Of a DNA stretch of 64,000 bases, positions 12,077-24,156 are shown piece after piece; position 1 is the stretch's first letter, and every line of letters begins with the position of its first letter. The stretch is from Octopus sinensis. Lineage: Eukaryota. The stretch covers positions 33,058,464 to 33,122,463 of the forward strand of contig NC_043011.1 of assembly GCF_006345805.1 (NCBI RefSeq), given 5' to 3'. The notes under the pieces were generated by a model. It had not been told where the DNA came from. It made no database searches and worked only from the letters and a program-made list of their open reading frames with translations. The translations under genes and the position numbers were made by a program.

Positions 12077-14744
12077 TGTAACGGTTTGAATTTTACTTTG
12101 GTGTGGTTACCAACGATGAGCAAAGTGAATTTCGGAGGAGACTATTGCAATAGCAGAAAAAAGAAGGAGAGCACAGATGACCAGAAGCAGGGATGAAGTG
12201 CGGCGCCTGAATGCAATGTTCCAACAGGCCGCCAGGAAGGACAAAGAGAAATACCGGAATGAGGAATGCGCAAGGGCAGAGGAGGCTTACAGGAAAGGGA
12301 ACATGAGAGAACGTTACCAACATGTAAAGAAGACCCGTACAGCATTCATGGCCAGACAAGCAACCATCCGAGGGAGAAATGGTGAAGAACTGCATGACCA
12401 AGAAGGGATCAGGAAAAGATGGAAAGAGTACACTGAACAGTTGTATGCAGGGAACAACCTCGATGAACAGGCAAAAGAGAAGCCACTGGAACTGGAACCG
12501 GAGCCAGACATCCTGGAGGATGAGGTGGTATGGGCAATGAAACAGCTGGCCAACCGAAAAGCCCCAGGTACTGATGGTATTCCACTAGAATTACTCAAGC
12601 CAATACCAACAAAAACACTAACATCGCTTTGCCAACGAATATGGAGAACCTGTAAGTGGCCAAGGGAATGGAAGAGGTCAGTTTTCATCCCAATACCAAA
12701 GAAAAGAGATACCAAGGACTGCGCAAACTACCGTACCATCACCCTGATCCCCCATGTAAGCAAAATTCTCCTTAAAATCATCCAGAAGCGCCTGAACACA
12801 ACTATTGAGAGAGAATTGCCAGAGGTGCAAGCTGGTTTCAGGAAGGGAAGAGGCACCCGCGATCAAATCGCCAACCTACGGTGGATTATGGAAAAGGCAA
12901 GAGAATACCAAAAGAAGCTGTACATGTGTTTCATCGATTACTCCAAAGCCTTTGACAGCATTGATCATGACAAGTTATGGAAATGTCTGGAGGAAATGGG
13001 AACACCTTTACACCTTGTCCAGCTTATTAGATCACTCTATCAAAACCAAGAGGCTACAGTACGGACACCATATGGCGACACTGATTGGTTTGAGATTGGA
13101 AAAGGCACTCGGCAAGGTTGCATCCTGTCACCAGCAGCCTTCAACATGTGCGCTGAAAAGGTCACGAGGAATGCAGGCCTGGAGGATAGCAGCATTGGAG
13201 TGAGGATTGGAGGAAGAAACATTAATAACCTTCGTTATGCAGATGATAAAACCCTGCTGGCAGAGAGTGGTAAGGATCTGGAGGATCTTGTCCTGCTGGT
13301 CAAGAAAGAGAGTGAGAAATTTGGGCTGTACCTCAATGTTAAGAAAACGAAGATCATGTCAACAGCAGCCACAACAAACATCAGCATCAAGTTCGATAAG
13401 GAAAGGATTGAAGTGGTTGATGATTTCATCTTCCTTGGCTCCAAAATAAATCGAGATGGTGACTGCACTCCAGAAATAAGACGGCGATAGTAGTAGGCAG
13501 AGAGGCAATGGTCAGCATGAGGAAGGTCTGGACGAGTAGAGACATCAGACTCACTGCCAAATGCAGATTGGTGGATGCAATTATCTTCCCAATAGCAACA
13601 TATGGATGCGAGACCTGGACACTAAAGAAAGCTGACCAGAAGAGAATTAATACATTCGAGCTTTGGTGTTCGAGAAGACTTTTACGGATTCCATGGACAG
13701 CGAGGCTCACCAATAGAGAAGTTCTTCAGCAGATAAGGCCGAAAATGTCGCTAGAAGCTAGAATCACCAAGCATAGATTGGTATATTTCGGTCATATTAT
13801 GCGGAAAAAATCCCTGGAGAAGGACATCATGCTCGGAATGGTCAGTGGCAAGAGAGAAAGAGGCCGACCAAAAACCTGCTGGCTTGACACCATCAAGAGT
13901 GATACCGGAATGCACATAGCCAATCTGAGAGAAGCGACCCAGGATAGAACTGACTGGAGGACACTGATCCAACGAGTGACCGAGAGTCGACTTCGACTGA
14001 GCGGATAGAGAGAGAGAGTGGTTACCAATTGTAACGGGATAAATTTATTTGGTAAACAATGTTATTAAGATGATGTGGGAGACCGCAGTTGTAACAATAA
14101 ATTTTTGTTGCTATAATTGTTTACTGTAGGATGTGAAAGATAGACAATGCATGAAGTTTTAAGGAAATATTTATTTACCGTTACGTTACAAATACCTTGC
14201 CGCGACGGGCAGATTTTGATACATCCAAAAGCATGCGAAGTTTGTGTTTGTGTTTGTGTTTGTGTCCTCTTCATTGTTTAGTAGTAATTGCGGAGACAGG
14301 TAGAATGATGTTGTAAGAGAACAGAATTAGAGCTAGTGAGAATTGTAGGGTGTGTGATGTTGCTGACAGTGAACTTCATTTCTCCCTCTGACCAAGGTTT
14401 TAGCTGGTCAGCCAGACTACGTTCTCACAAAGTTTGTCGTCGAGTGGTGACTAACTGATTATTGCTTGGGGTGTGCTTGCTTATATAAAGATCCAGAAGG
14501 ACAGATATATCATTGAGAACAATAGATTTAGTTGGTAGTCATGTTATCTCTTATTCTAGCTTTTGGTGAAGTAGAAGAGGTTAGAAAGGGACAAGTGGTG
14601 AAGACATTATTTCGGTCTAGCTAAAGGCATCTGGAAATGTAAAACTGCTGTCATTGTTCCATGTGGGAAAAGTTCTGCAGCAGTGTTAATTTAAATTTGG
14701 CTGTGGTGGATCGAATCCACCTCGTGCATGCAAGATTCGCTACA
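12077..14744. mobile_element. Solo LTR (TG...CA) with 4-bp TSD GATT, interrupted by an RTE LINE
   Basis: gatt|TGTAACG at 12073-12083 and CTACA|gatt at 14740-14748; 14030-14744 is homologous to the solo LTR at 17974-18556. Confidence 0.8.
12114..14017 (+). mobile_element. 5'-truncated RTE-clade (BovB-like) LINE with reverse transcriptase, one frameshift near 13488
   Basis: ORF 12177-13490 has RT motifs (QAGFRKGRGTRDQI, FIDYSKAFD, QGCILSP, YADD). ORF 13508-14008 ends VTESRLRLSG*, a typical RTE C-terminus. (GA)n tail; 11-bp TSD gtggttaccaa at 12103-12113 and 14018-14028. Confidence 0.95.
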
Positions 14745-15119
14745 GATTCAATGGTTGCACACGTATTTGGCAAAGCCCATATATATATACTTGCGTAAAT
14801 ACCTGACTACCTACATGATTGCATGTTTACATACATAGGTATGTACATACATACATACATACATACATACATACATACATACATACATACATACATACAC
14901 ACATACATACATACGTACATACACACATATAAACATATATGCATATATACGTACATACGAACCCACACAAATACATACGTACGTACATACATACATACAT
15001 ATATGCATGCATACATACATACATACATACAAACATACATACATACATGCATACATACATACATATATGCATGCATTCATTCATACATACATACATACAT
15101 ACATACATACATACATACA

Positions 15120-15153
<34 letters not shown>

Positions 15154-15840
15154 CATACGTATGTATTACCGTACGTACAGTATTACCGCACATGCGACCG
15201 CCACCAACTTCGTTGTATCATAACTTCCAGAAAATGGATTTTTTAAAATGAAATTTTCTTCAAATACGTTTCGGATAGTTGTACATTCTGATCATATCCA
15301 AATATTGTATAGGGAGCTTTTTTTTTTTGCGAGTTTTGGGTGAAGAGGTTCGGAAAAAGTCCTGTCAGGGAAATTAGTAGGTTCTACCGGATTCTACATG
15401 AAAAGATAAATTTGGTAGGCTCATAAACACACGTACTATCACACGTCACATGTATCTACATAATGAAACATGAAATTTTTGGGGAAAAAAATACCAGTAT
15501 ACATGTGTACTATAATAATTTATTTTTTTATTAACATCAAATTCTAATATAATCGTAATTTACGCATTCTTAAAACTGTTTACAGAAAATTTCATTAAAT
15601 TATTCCAAATTTTCTGAAAGCTGTGAGAAAACAAACCAACAAGAGTGAATTTTCCGAAGCACTTCTTCCCAGCAACAGGGAATGTACATCATCTGGATCG
15701 TATTTGTAGAACATTTCATCAAGAAACATCACTTTTTCTGGAAGTTATATGGAAACAGTTTCGATGTTTGCACATATATGTAGGAATGCCCATTTATAAT
15801 TATATACATACATGCCTACCTACATGCTTGCATACATACA

Positions 15841-15872
<32 letters not shown>

Positions 15873-15900
15873 CATACATACATACATACATACATACATG

Positions 15901-15931
<31 letters not shown>

Positions 15932-15957
15932 GCATACATACATACATACATGCATAC

Positions 15958-15988
<31 letters not shown>

Positions 15989-15994
15989 CATACA

Positions 15995-16026
<32 letters not shown>

Positions 16027-16099
16027 CATATATGCATACATACATACATTCATACATACATGATGGCTGCCCCCTCGTTATCGAGTATGGCAATTGCAC

Positions 16100-16800
16100 G
16101 AGGTTTAACTGTTATCGGTGCTGTGATCGAACGTGATATTTTAGCCCATCTAAAGTTCTACGATGTCTTGGAATGCTGTCTCTCATTTCGTGCGGAATTT
16201 CCATAGAAACAGGAAAGCTGGCAACTATCAAGAGATTGTGGAGGAGCTGCTCCTGAGATTGCAAACACTTGGATGTAGAATGCGCAATGACTGCCCTACT
16301 TAGACAATCACTTGAGTGAGTTTCCAGACAACTTGGGTGGTGTTAGCAAAGAACAAGGTGAACACTTTCATCAAGATGTAAAAGTAATGGAAGAACGCTA
16401 CCAAGGCCTATCGACTCAAACATGATGGCAGATTACTGATGGAGCTTGGTGAGAGATATTCCAGAAATTGTACACAAGAGCTGAATTCTGAAAATTCAAT
16501 GGAATTTGAAAGGAAAATATTTGTATAGCAAAGTGGTTTTCTTTTCGGTGGGGAAGTGTTTGTACAGTAAAATAGCCCTATTGTGAGCCGCGAAATCAAA
16601 AGCAAGCCTAGAATATCTTCCTTGTGGTGAGAAGGTTCAGGGAAACTTCAAAGTGTTGATGGAGGATATAGTGGTTGAAATGCATTTTAGTGAAAAAATC
16701 CAGAAAGAATTTGAGGGCACACAACCTCACGGGGCCGAAGTTGAATATATGAACAGACTTGGAATTTATTGAGCTAGCATTTTGCATGGTCTACGCTTGA
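16100..16800 (+). mobile_element. Fossil DNA transposon fragment (superfamily not assigned) in the 3' flank of HSP70-2
   Basis: Translates to ...HLSEFPDNLGGVSKEQGEHFHQDVKVMEERYQG; homologous to 36680-37224, 46400-47565 and 58130-59155. Confidence 0.75.
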
Positions 16801-17460
16801 ATTAGATGAAAATTATTTTCTGGTGTCATGTATATCTGATGCGATACGACCGGTAACTAGAGCATGGAAATCCACTAGAAGCATTCGGAAACGATTTCGC
16901 TTAAAGAGATGTATACGGAGACAGTGGGAAAAGCTTTTGTGTTAGATATATAGGCGTGGGAAAGGGAACACAAGTGCTAGACGTTCGTGGGTCAAAATGA
17001 TAACATTGATTGCTGTTGTAGGATGATGACTGAGGTGGTGCGTTTGCATGTATTACGGAACAAAGTTTATTGATGGTAGAGTTTATGTGGTTAGAGTCGA
17101 TGTGTTAGGTGTGGAAATGCGTTGAGTTTAGAGCGGTAAATGATTCGATGTCTTTCAACGATTCCGATATATCAAGGGCCGTCCGCAGCTTCACTAAACC
17201 ACTTCGTGAATAGGTGTCGTAACATGTACTGTCCCTCACCTGTTGATCAATATAGTGAGCATAGCCAGAGACCTTACGTAGTCGTAAAACATTTCACCGT
17301 ATTTATTAAGAGTAAGATATGTCCATAGTGAAATGATGAGCGAGAATCTTCATGTACAAAGATATGATTAGCTATATTTCATTTCAAAGATAGAAATATT
17401 GCATTTCAAAATCTCTCGGAGACACTTATACAGTAGTAGGAAGATAAAGTGATGGTTTGT

Positions 17461-17800
17461 TGCTAACTTAATGTAGCAGTGCCAGGAAAGGAAAGAATGC
17501 TACTGCTATTTAGCCCCAGGAAACACTGTTTTCAATTGCCTATGTGACATAAGCGTTCTGTGTCTTTAAGTTTTCAAACAAGGGAGATAAGCTCGTCCCC
17601 CAGTAAAGCCAGCAACCAGAGACTAGTTTCAGAGTCATTGCTCGTCATTAGTCTGGATTAGCTTGGCTTGCTAGCCGTTGATGCTTAATCGCCTTTGAAA
17701 ACAGAACACTTGTGTAACATAGCGATCTGGAAACGGTGTTCCTGGGGATTAATAGCAGTAGCATTGTTCCTTTTCCTGGGACTGCCACATTAAGTTGGCA
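17461..17800. mobile_element. Fold-back element with ~105-bp imperfect inverted arms and a central hammerhead-like motif
   Basis: Left arm tgctaacttaatgtagcagtgccagg...gttctgtgtc matches the reverse complement of gaaaacagaac...ctgccacattaagttggca. Absent from the homologous 3' flanks of HSP70-1 and HSP70-5. Confidence 0.8.
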
Positions 17801-17973
17801 TAAACCCTCATTTCAAGAATATTTTTGTTGACAATGCTGAAGCTCAAACTAATTGTAAGACATTACTGTTTACAAAATCAATAGTTTTCTACGATGCAAA
17901 TCGTGAATTTGAAGCAGTTATTTCCAAGTGTGAAAGATATCTGCATCGTGTTGGTATATTTCTCACTTATATT

Positions 17974-18556
17974 TGTAACGATAAAAATTCGTTTTAATAA
18001 CGGCTAGTTGTAAGATGTGAAAGATGGACAATGCATGAAGTTTTAAGGAAATATTTATTTACCATTACGTTACAATACATTGCCTCGACGAAGTAAGTTT
18101 GCGAAGTAAAGTTTGTGTTTGTGTCCTCTTCATTGTTTAGTAGTAATTACAGAGAGAGATAGAATGATTGTAAGGGAACAGAATTACAACTAGTGAGTAT
18201 TGTAGAGTGTGTGACGTTGCTGACCGTAAACTTCATTTCTCCCTCTGACAAAGGTTCTAGCTGGTCAGTCAGACTTCGTTGTCACCGACTGATTTTTGCT
18301 CGGGGTGTGCTTGCTTTTATAACTATCCAGAAGGATAGATATATCATTGAGAACAATAAATTTAGTTGGTAGTCTCTATTCTAGCTTTTGGTGAAGTAGA
18401 AGAGGTTAGAAAGGTGATGAAGTCATTCTTTCGGCCTAGCTAATGGCATCTGGAAAATGTAAAACTGCTGTCAGAGAAAAACCATTGTTCCACCATGGAA
18501 AAAGATCTGTAGCAGTGTTAATCTGAATTTGGCTATGGTGCATCGAATCCACTACA
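17974..18556. mobile_element. Solo LTR (583 bp, TG...CA) with 4-bp TSD TATT
   Basis: tatt|TGTAACG...ACTACA|tatt; the empty site cacttatattcttgtag is preserved in the flanks of HSP70-1 (near 7460) and HSP70-5. Confidence 0.9.
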
Positions 18557-19224
18557 TATTCTTGTAACTGAGTGAAAGAAATACAGTGAAAGCCGCTTAT
18601 TCTAATCACGTACGATGTTATTAGGCTATTGATATGAAATTTAGTTTCTTTAACGGAACTCCTCGATTGAATAAATTAATTGTTAAGAGACGGTTATCGA
18701 ATGGCATTTGTCAATAATCTATGAAAATTAGAGGCTTCCATGGCCTCGTTCACTAATGCGCTATTAGCTACTTCACCTTTCGCTCTTACGCTTCCTCTCC
18801 GATAAACATTTCTTCATGTTTACTGTAGAAATTACCTGATGATTGTTAATAGGAAACTTGCAACAAAATAACAAGGAATAGCATGCATAAACATACGAGT
18901 AATATTTCGTGGGAAACAAACAATAAACGAATATAAAATAACAACGACACTCTTGTGAAAGAAAATATCAATTATATTCATCTAAAAAAATATACAAAAG
19001 ATTTTAAAGCTTGTTTTACAAAATGTCAATAGGACGGATGAATAAATCATGAATGTTCACAATGTCAATCAGCTGATACGAATGAGAATAATTTTTAAAA
19101 TCACATAAAGTGATATTGTATGAAAAGAGTACTGAGTAATAGATATATCACAGTATTTATTCCAATGTTTGTATGAATGAATAAGATATGAGTCCATTTC
19201 TTTAAGCGTTGCACCACTGTTCGC

Positions 19225-21096
19225 TTATGATGTGCAATGATTATTGTTAGAAGACGACGATGTGTGTAGTTTGGACATGATAGGAGAGCAAATTTTCTGT
19301 GCTTCCTGAAGTCTGTAGGTAAATTCGTCTGTGTCTGCTAGACTGTTGCTGTCTATCCACTGTAATGTTTGGTCACACATTTCCACTGCTTGCTTCTTAT
19401 CTTGCTCGGACAGTTTGCCGTTATCTTCATTGAGTGCTTGTTTCACACTGAATATGTAATGTTCCAACTGGTTTCTAGCTGCAACACGTTGGCGTTGCTT
19501 TTCGTCTTCTGCCTCGTATTGTTTAGCTTCGTTGAGCATTCTTTCGATTTCCTCTTTGCTCAAACGACCTTTGTCGTTGGTGATGGTAATTTTGTTGCTT
19601 TTGCCGGTGCTTTTGTCGACAGCAGAAACGTTGAGTATTCCATTGGCATCCATATCGAAGGAGACTTCTATTTGAGGGACGCCTCTGGGAGCTGGTGGAA
19701 TGCCAGTCAAGTCGAAACGTCCGAGGCAGTTGTTGTCTTTTGTCATTGCTCTTTCTCCTTCGAATACCTGAATAGAAACAGCCGGCTGGTTATCTGAATA
19801 CGTAGTGAATACATTGGATGCTTTACACGGTATTCTGCTGTTATGCTCGATAAGTTTGGTCATCACACCACCAGCCGTTTCGATTCCAAGTGATAACGGT
19901 GCTACATCTACAAGTAGTACGTCTCTGATGCAATCGCTCGCGTCTCCAGACAGAACAGCAGCTTGTACGGCAGCTCCGTAGGCGACAGCTTCGTCTGGGT
20001 TGATGGATTTGTTGATGGTCTTTCCTTGCATGAAGTCGGCTAGTAATTTCTGGATCTTGGGAATGCGTGTCGATCCACCGACCAACACGATGTCGTCGAT
20101 GCGGGATTTATCGAGTTTGGCGTCTCGCAGAGCTTTCTCAACTGGTTCTAGAGTCGATCGGAAGAGGTCACTGCAAAGATCCTCGAAGCGTGCTCTGGTA
20201 ATCTTCGAGCAAAAATCAATGCCTTCATACAGAGAATCCAGCTCTACTGAAGCTTCTGAACTGCTCGATAGGGTTCGTTTTGCCCGTTCACATGCAGTAC
20301 TCAGACGTCTGATAGAGCGTGGGCTTTGTTTCAGATTTTTCTTGTGTTTACGCTTGAATTCTTCGACAAAGTAGTCAACGAGCCGGTTGTCGAAGTCTTC
20401 TCCTCCGAGATGTGTGTCGCCAGCTGTAGCTTTCACCTCGAAAAGAGATCCTTGGTCGATTGTGAGGATGGAAACATCGAATGTACCACCGCCCAAGTCG
20501 AAGATCAGAACGTTCTTCTCACCAGATAAGTTTTTCTCGAGACCGTAGGCGAGTGCGGCGGCCGTTGGTTCGTTGACAATTCTCAACACATTCAAACCAG
20601 CTATACTAGCTGCATCTTTCGTCGCCTGTCTCTGAGAGTCGTTAAAGTAAGCTGGCACCGTTACTACTGCGTCTTTCACTTTACAGCCCAGGTACGACTC
20701 GGCTGTCTCCTTCATTTTACTCAATACCATCGAGCTAATCTCTTCGGCTGAGAACTGCTTTTGCTCTCCCTTGTACTCCACTTGTACATGTGCTTTATTA
20801 CCGTTTGTGTTCACCACTCGGAATGGCCAATATTTCATGTCGCTTTGTACGGACGTATCGTTAAAGTGACGTCCAATTAAACGTTTAGCATCGAACACCG
20901 TGTTCTCAGGGTTGAGGGCCGCTTGGTTTTTCGCTGCATCACCCACCAGCCTTTCGGCATCGGTGAAAGCCACATAGCTTGGTGTTGTCCTGTTTCCCTG
21001 ATCGTTGGCAATAATTTCCACTTTACCGTGTTGAAACACACCTACACAAGAATAGGTTGTTCCCAGATCGATTCCGATAGCAGGTGCTTTTACCAT
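19225..21096 (-). CDS. HSP70: Cytosolic HSP70, copy 2 (623 aa), C-terminally truncated by a CAA->TAA change; lacks EEMD
   Basis: Uninterrupted ORF nearly identical to copy 1 up to NNNHCTS*. The sequence beyond the stop reads ANSGATLKEMDS versus [11 protein letters not shown] in copy 1. Confidence 0.95.
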   Translation of the reverse strand: MVKAPAIGIDLGTTYSCVGVFQHGKVEIIANDQGNRTTPSYVAFTDAERLVGDAAKNQAALNPENTVFDAKRLIGRHFNDTSVQSDMKYWPFRVVNTNGNKAHVQVEYKGEQKQFSAEEISSMVLSKMKETAESYLGCKVKDAVVTVPAYFNDSQRQATKDAASIAGLNVLRIVNEPTAAALAYGLEKNLSGEKNVLIFDLGGGTFDVSILTIDQGSLFEVKATAGDTHLGGEDFDNRLVDYFVEEFKRKHKKNLKQSPRSIRRLSTACERAKRTLSSSSEASVELDSLYEGIDFCSKITRARFEDLCSDLFRSTLEPVEKALRDAKLDKSRIDDIVLVGGSTRIPKIQKLLADFMQGKTINKSINPDEAVAYGAAVQAAVLSGDASDCIRDVLLVDVAPLSLGIETAGGVMTKLIEHNSRIPCKASNVFTTYSDNQPAVSIQVFEGERAMTKDNNCLGRFDLTGIPPAPRGVPQIEVSFDMDANGILNVSAVDKSTGKSNKITITNDKGRLSKEEIERMLNEAKQYEAEDEKQRQRVAARNQLEHYIFSVKQALNEDNGKLSEQDKKQAVEMCDQTLQWIDSNSLADTDEFTYRLQEAQKICSPIMSKLHTSSSSNNNHCTS

Positions 21097-21355
21097 TCTT
21101 CTTCCTATTTCTATTGTTCGCTCAAAATGTCCAGTATAAAACTTGAGAAATTCTTTCTTTCTTCTTTATCTCTTGCTCGTCTTACTTTGTATTTCAGTTG
21201 TGTCAGTAGAATATATGAATGTATTATATGTGAATGAGTGTTGCTTCAATGTATGTATAACTGAAAGAAATGTTTCGCAGCTGAGACTCTTGTCTCGAGT
21301 TGTTTACAGTCGTCCTTCTGTAGAATCTGATTGACAAGCTGTGTGAGCAATGCCG

Positions 21356-21472
21356 TATATATAGTGGAGAGTAACGCCCCTTCCCACTGTGACGTCATCA
21401 CCAGAGTTTACGAGTCATTTCGATATTGTTCTACCAAGTCCTACAGGTTTCTGGAACGTTCCAGAAGTTTCC
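21356..21472 (-). promoter_or_regulatory. HSP70-2 promoter: TATA (21356-21363), CRE (21390-21397), 5-unit HSE (21448-21472)
   Basis: TTCtgGAAcgTTCcaGAAgtTTC; TGACGTCA; TATATATA. Confidence 0.9.
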
Positions 21473-21790
21473 TTTTAATTCCATTAGCTTATTTTACAAA
21501 TAGAAGTGGATTTGTATAGGATATTTGCTCATAATTTGTGTTTTTTAGTAGAACAACTCTGTTTCATGGATGAATATTTCCGTCGTACCAAATAGTAAAC
21601 ACCGTCGTTCACGTTCTTTTCCCGTCATCGTATATCGCTTTTCGCAACTTTTATCGTTGTTTTGATAGTTTTCTTGGTTTTTATGTTTTAAGGCGGAAAT
21701 GGCAACAATAGTAACAAATTCGAAATTCATTTACGATTTCATAAAAAGGGCGGCGACGCGAATGTCACTGCACTTGCTAGAAATGGCAGG

Positions 21791-21815
21791 TTTTTGGAAC
21801 GTTCCAGAAGTTTCG
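21791..21815 (-). promoter_or_regulatory. Second (distal) HSE of HSP70-2, created by a local tandem duplication
   Basis: tTTtgGAAcgTTCcaGAAgtTTC (4 perfect units) heads a diverged repeat (21790-22086) of block 21447-21789. Confidence 0.8.
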
Positions 21816-22090
21816 ATTTTAATTCCATTAGCTTATCTTACATATAGAAGTGGATTTATATAGGATATTTGGTGAGTATTTGCGATTTTTAGTTGGACAA
21901 CTCTGATTGATGGATGAATATTGCTGTCCCACTAAATAATAGACACAGCCTTTTAAGTTCTTTTCTCATTTAGTATGTCTTTTCACGCAACTTTTATTTT
22001 TGTTTTCATAATTTTCTTGGTTTAAAATATGTGTGTTGCACAATGTTTATGTTTTAAGACGGAAATGCAACAATAGTAAGAAATTCGAGT

Positions 22091-22125
<35 letters not shown>

Positions 22126-22393
22126 TGGGATGAACGGATTAGATATATAGATAGATTACATAGATATGCAGAAATCATTAATTACTGATTTACTACTACT
22201 ATGAATAACGAGAAAGTAATACATCAAATATGTGTCGTTAATTATACATTTAAATATATCTAACTGAAGTCAACATTGAGCTTAACGCCTTTGATATCAA
22301 ACGACCTTAGAGGGACTCTGTTTCAATGATACAATTGTGTAAATTCTGAAATGTATACATTAAAATCTTTCTTTATCTCTCTCTCTCTATATA

Positions 22394-22618
22394 TATTTCT
22401 TTACTACCCACAAGGGGCTAAACACAGCGGGGACAAGCAAGGACAGACAAACGGATTAAGTCGATGTGATCGACTCCAGTGCGTAACTGGTACTTATTTA
22501 ATCGACCCCGAAGTGATGAAAGGCAAAGTCGACCTCGGCGGAATTTGAACCCAGAATTTAACGGCAAACGAAATACGGCTACGCATTTCGCCCGGCGTGC
22601 TAACGTTTCTGCCAGCTC
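22394..22618 (-). mobile_element. tRNA-derived SINE, family B
   Basis: Reverse complement gagctggcagaaacgttagcacgccgggcg...gccccttgtgggtagtaaagaaata. Confidence 0.9.
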
Positions 22619-23000
22619 ATATATAGAAAGCTGAAGTTGTCTGTGTATGGTAGGTTTGGTAGCCTTCAACTAACACTATCTCCTCCGAGATCCTGCGGCA
22701 CAAGTTGACCAAAATTGAAAGTATGATAGAAGAAGGCTTGTTCTTCCTTCCGTAGAAGAAAAATTCAAATTGGACATGTTAACACTAAAAATTATTTACA
22801 TCAAAAAGGTGCTTTTTTCTATGAAAAACCCTATTTTTTTACGATTTTTTGGCTGCTGTGTCATCATTTTTTGGTGTATTTCAACCAGAAAAATATTCAC
22901 TTAAAGAGAATAACAAGGTACATAAAGCAAAATTTTTACTTTTCAAAAATTCCAATTCTAAAGGGTCGAAACAAACCCGAGCAACGCCGGGCGATACCAG
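22619..23000 (+). mobile_element. Non-autonomous Helitron-like element with eroded ends
   Basis: Starts atatatagaaagctgaagttg, resembling the 5' end at 25039. Ends with the same acaaacccgagcaacgccgggcgatac hairpin terminus as 25500-25533. Confidence 0.65.
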
Positions 23001-23915
23001 TTTAATAATGACGAAATAATATACTTTGCTTAATCGATACCAGTTTAATAATGATGAAATAATATATTTTTCTTAATCTCCCCAAATACTTAAAAAAATT
23101 TTTTTTAAAGATGAACTATAACCTAGACAGTGGATTTTAATAAAATATTATCATAAAGCTTCTGTAGTTTATTTGCACAGTTTTAGGTCAAATGAAAGTT
23201 CTCACACTAGATAAATTCTTTTTAAAAAATATATTTTTACAATAGTTCTCACTGATGTGAGAATAATTGGATGAGTGCATGTATGTGCGTGAGAGAAATA
23301 AGATTGCAAATTCCCAATAGATGTAGATTGATTGAAGGACACTGCACCATTTTCTCAATATGGTTACATACATAGATAGTCCTTCACAACATTGAAGGGC
23401 TCTGCCAGAAAATTTATCTCACAGCAAACCAGCATATATTTTTATGTCCAGTCAGCATTACAGATGATAGTATACATTGTTGTCCAGGTTGCATTTTAAC
23501 CCTAGGTTTGCCCTGATTGAGCAAACATAGTCTATGATTACCATTTATTGTCACCAAATTTTTACCTCTGTGTGTGTGCGTGTGTGTCCATCCATCCATC
23601 CATCCATTCATGCATGCATGCTGAACACAATGTCTTGCATTTTTAAAATAGTTGGGTGCAATTCTATAAAACTTTGGCTACTGTGTCTACTATGCTGAGC
23701 TACTACACAGAAGACCCCTTGTTGGCTAAGAGTACGGCTGATAGGATTAGCTATTGAAGAACATTTTGAAAGGCCTAGGTTTCATCTTTTGAGACGGAGG
23801 GATCTGTACAAGTTGTGTGTAGGGAGAGAGGTGAGAAGAACTGATTTCTCTGATTGTTATTATCATGTCAGGAAGAGTGGATATACCGAGATATACATAC
23901 ATATATATATGTATG

Positions 23916-23974
<59 letters not shown>

Positions 23975-23975
23975 A

Positions 23976-24156
23976 TTACCGTTCGTCGGACAGTTTTGTT
24001 AAAATTTTAACAAAACTGTCCGACGAACGGTAACGTGAAACTCCGAGTAACAGGTTTTGTTGAATTTCTGCTGCTTTTAAATAAACCATATTACTCTACC
24101 CCTGGTATTTGAGTACTCTTTTTTTCCACCTTGTTTCACATTTGTGTGTTTACTCC

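Larger units (their letters stand above)
11450..16060 (+). repeat. Two tandem copies of an unclassified ~600-bp AT-rich repeat, each ending in a (CATA)n tract (11450-12076 plus 14745-15170, split by the LTR; and 15180-16060)
   Basis: Both start gtat(t)accgcaca and share aaatttggtagg..cataaacac, caaattctaatataatcgtaattta and ttttccgaagcacttcttccca; related copies at 42140-42660 and 53120-53640. Confidence 0.75.

Noticed and set aside
17379-17816. 9-bp TCATTTCAA duplication as a Mutator-type TSD for the fold-back element
   Set aside because: The left copy lies about 65-70 bp outside the inverted arm, so it does not abut the terminus; superfamily assignment is not supported.
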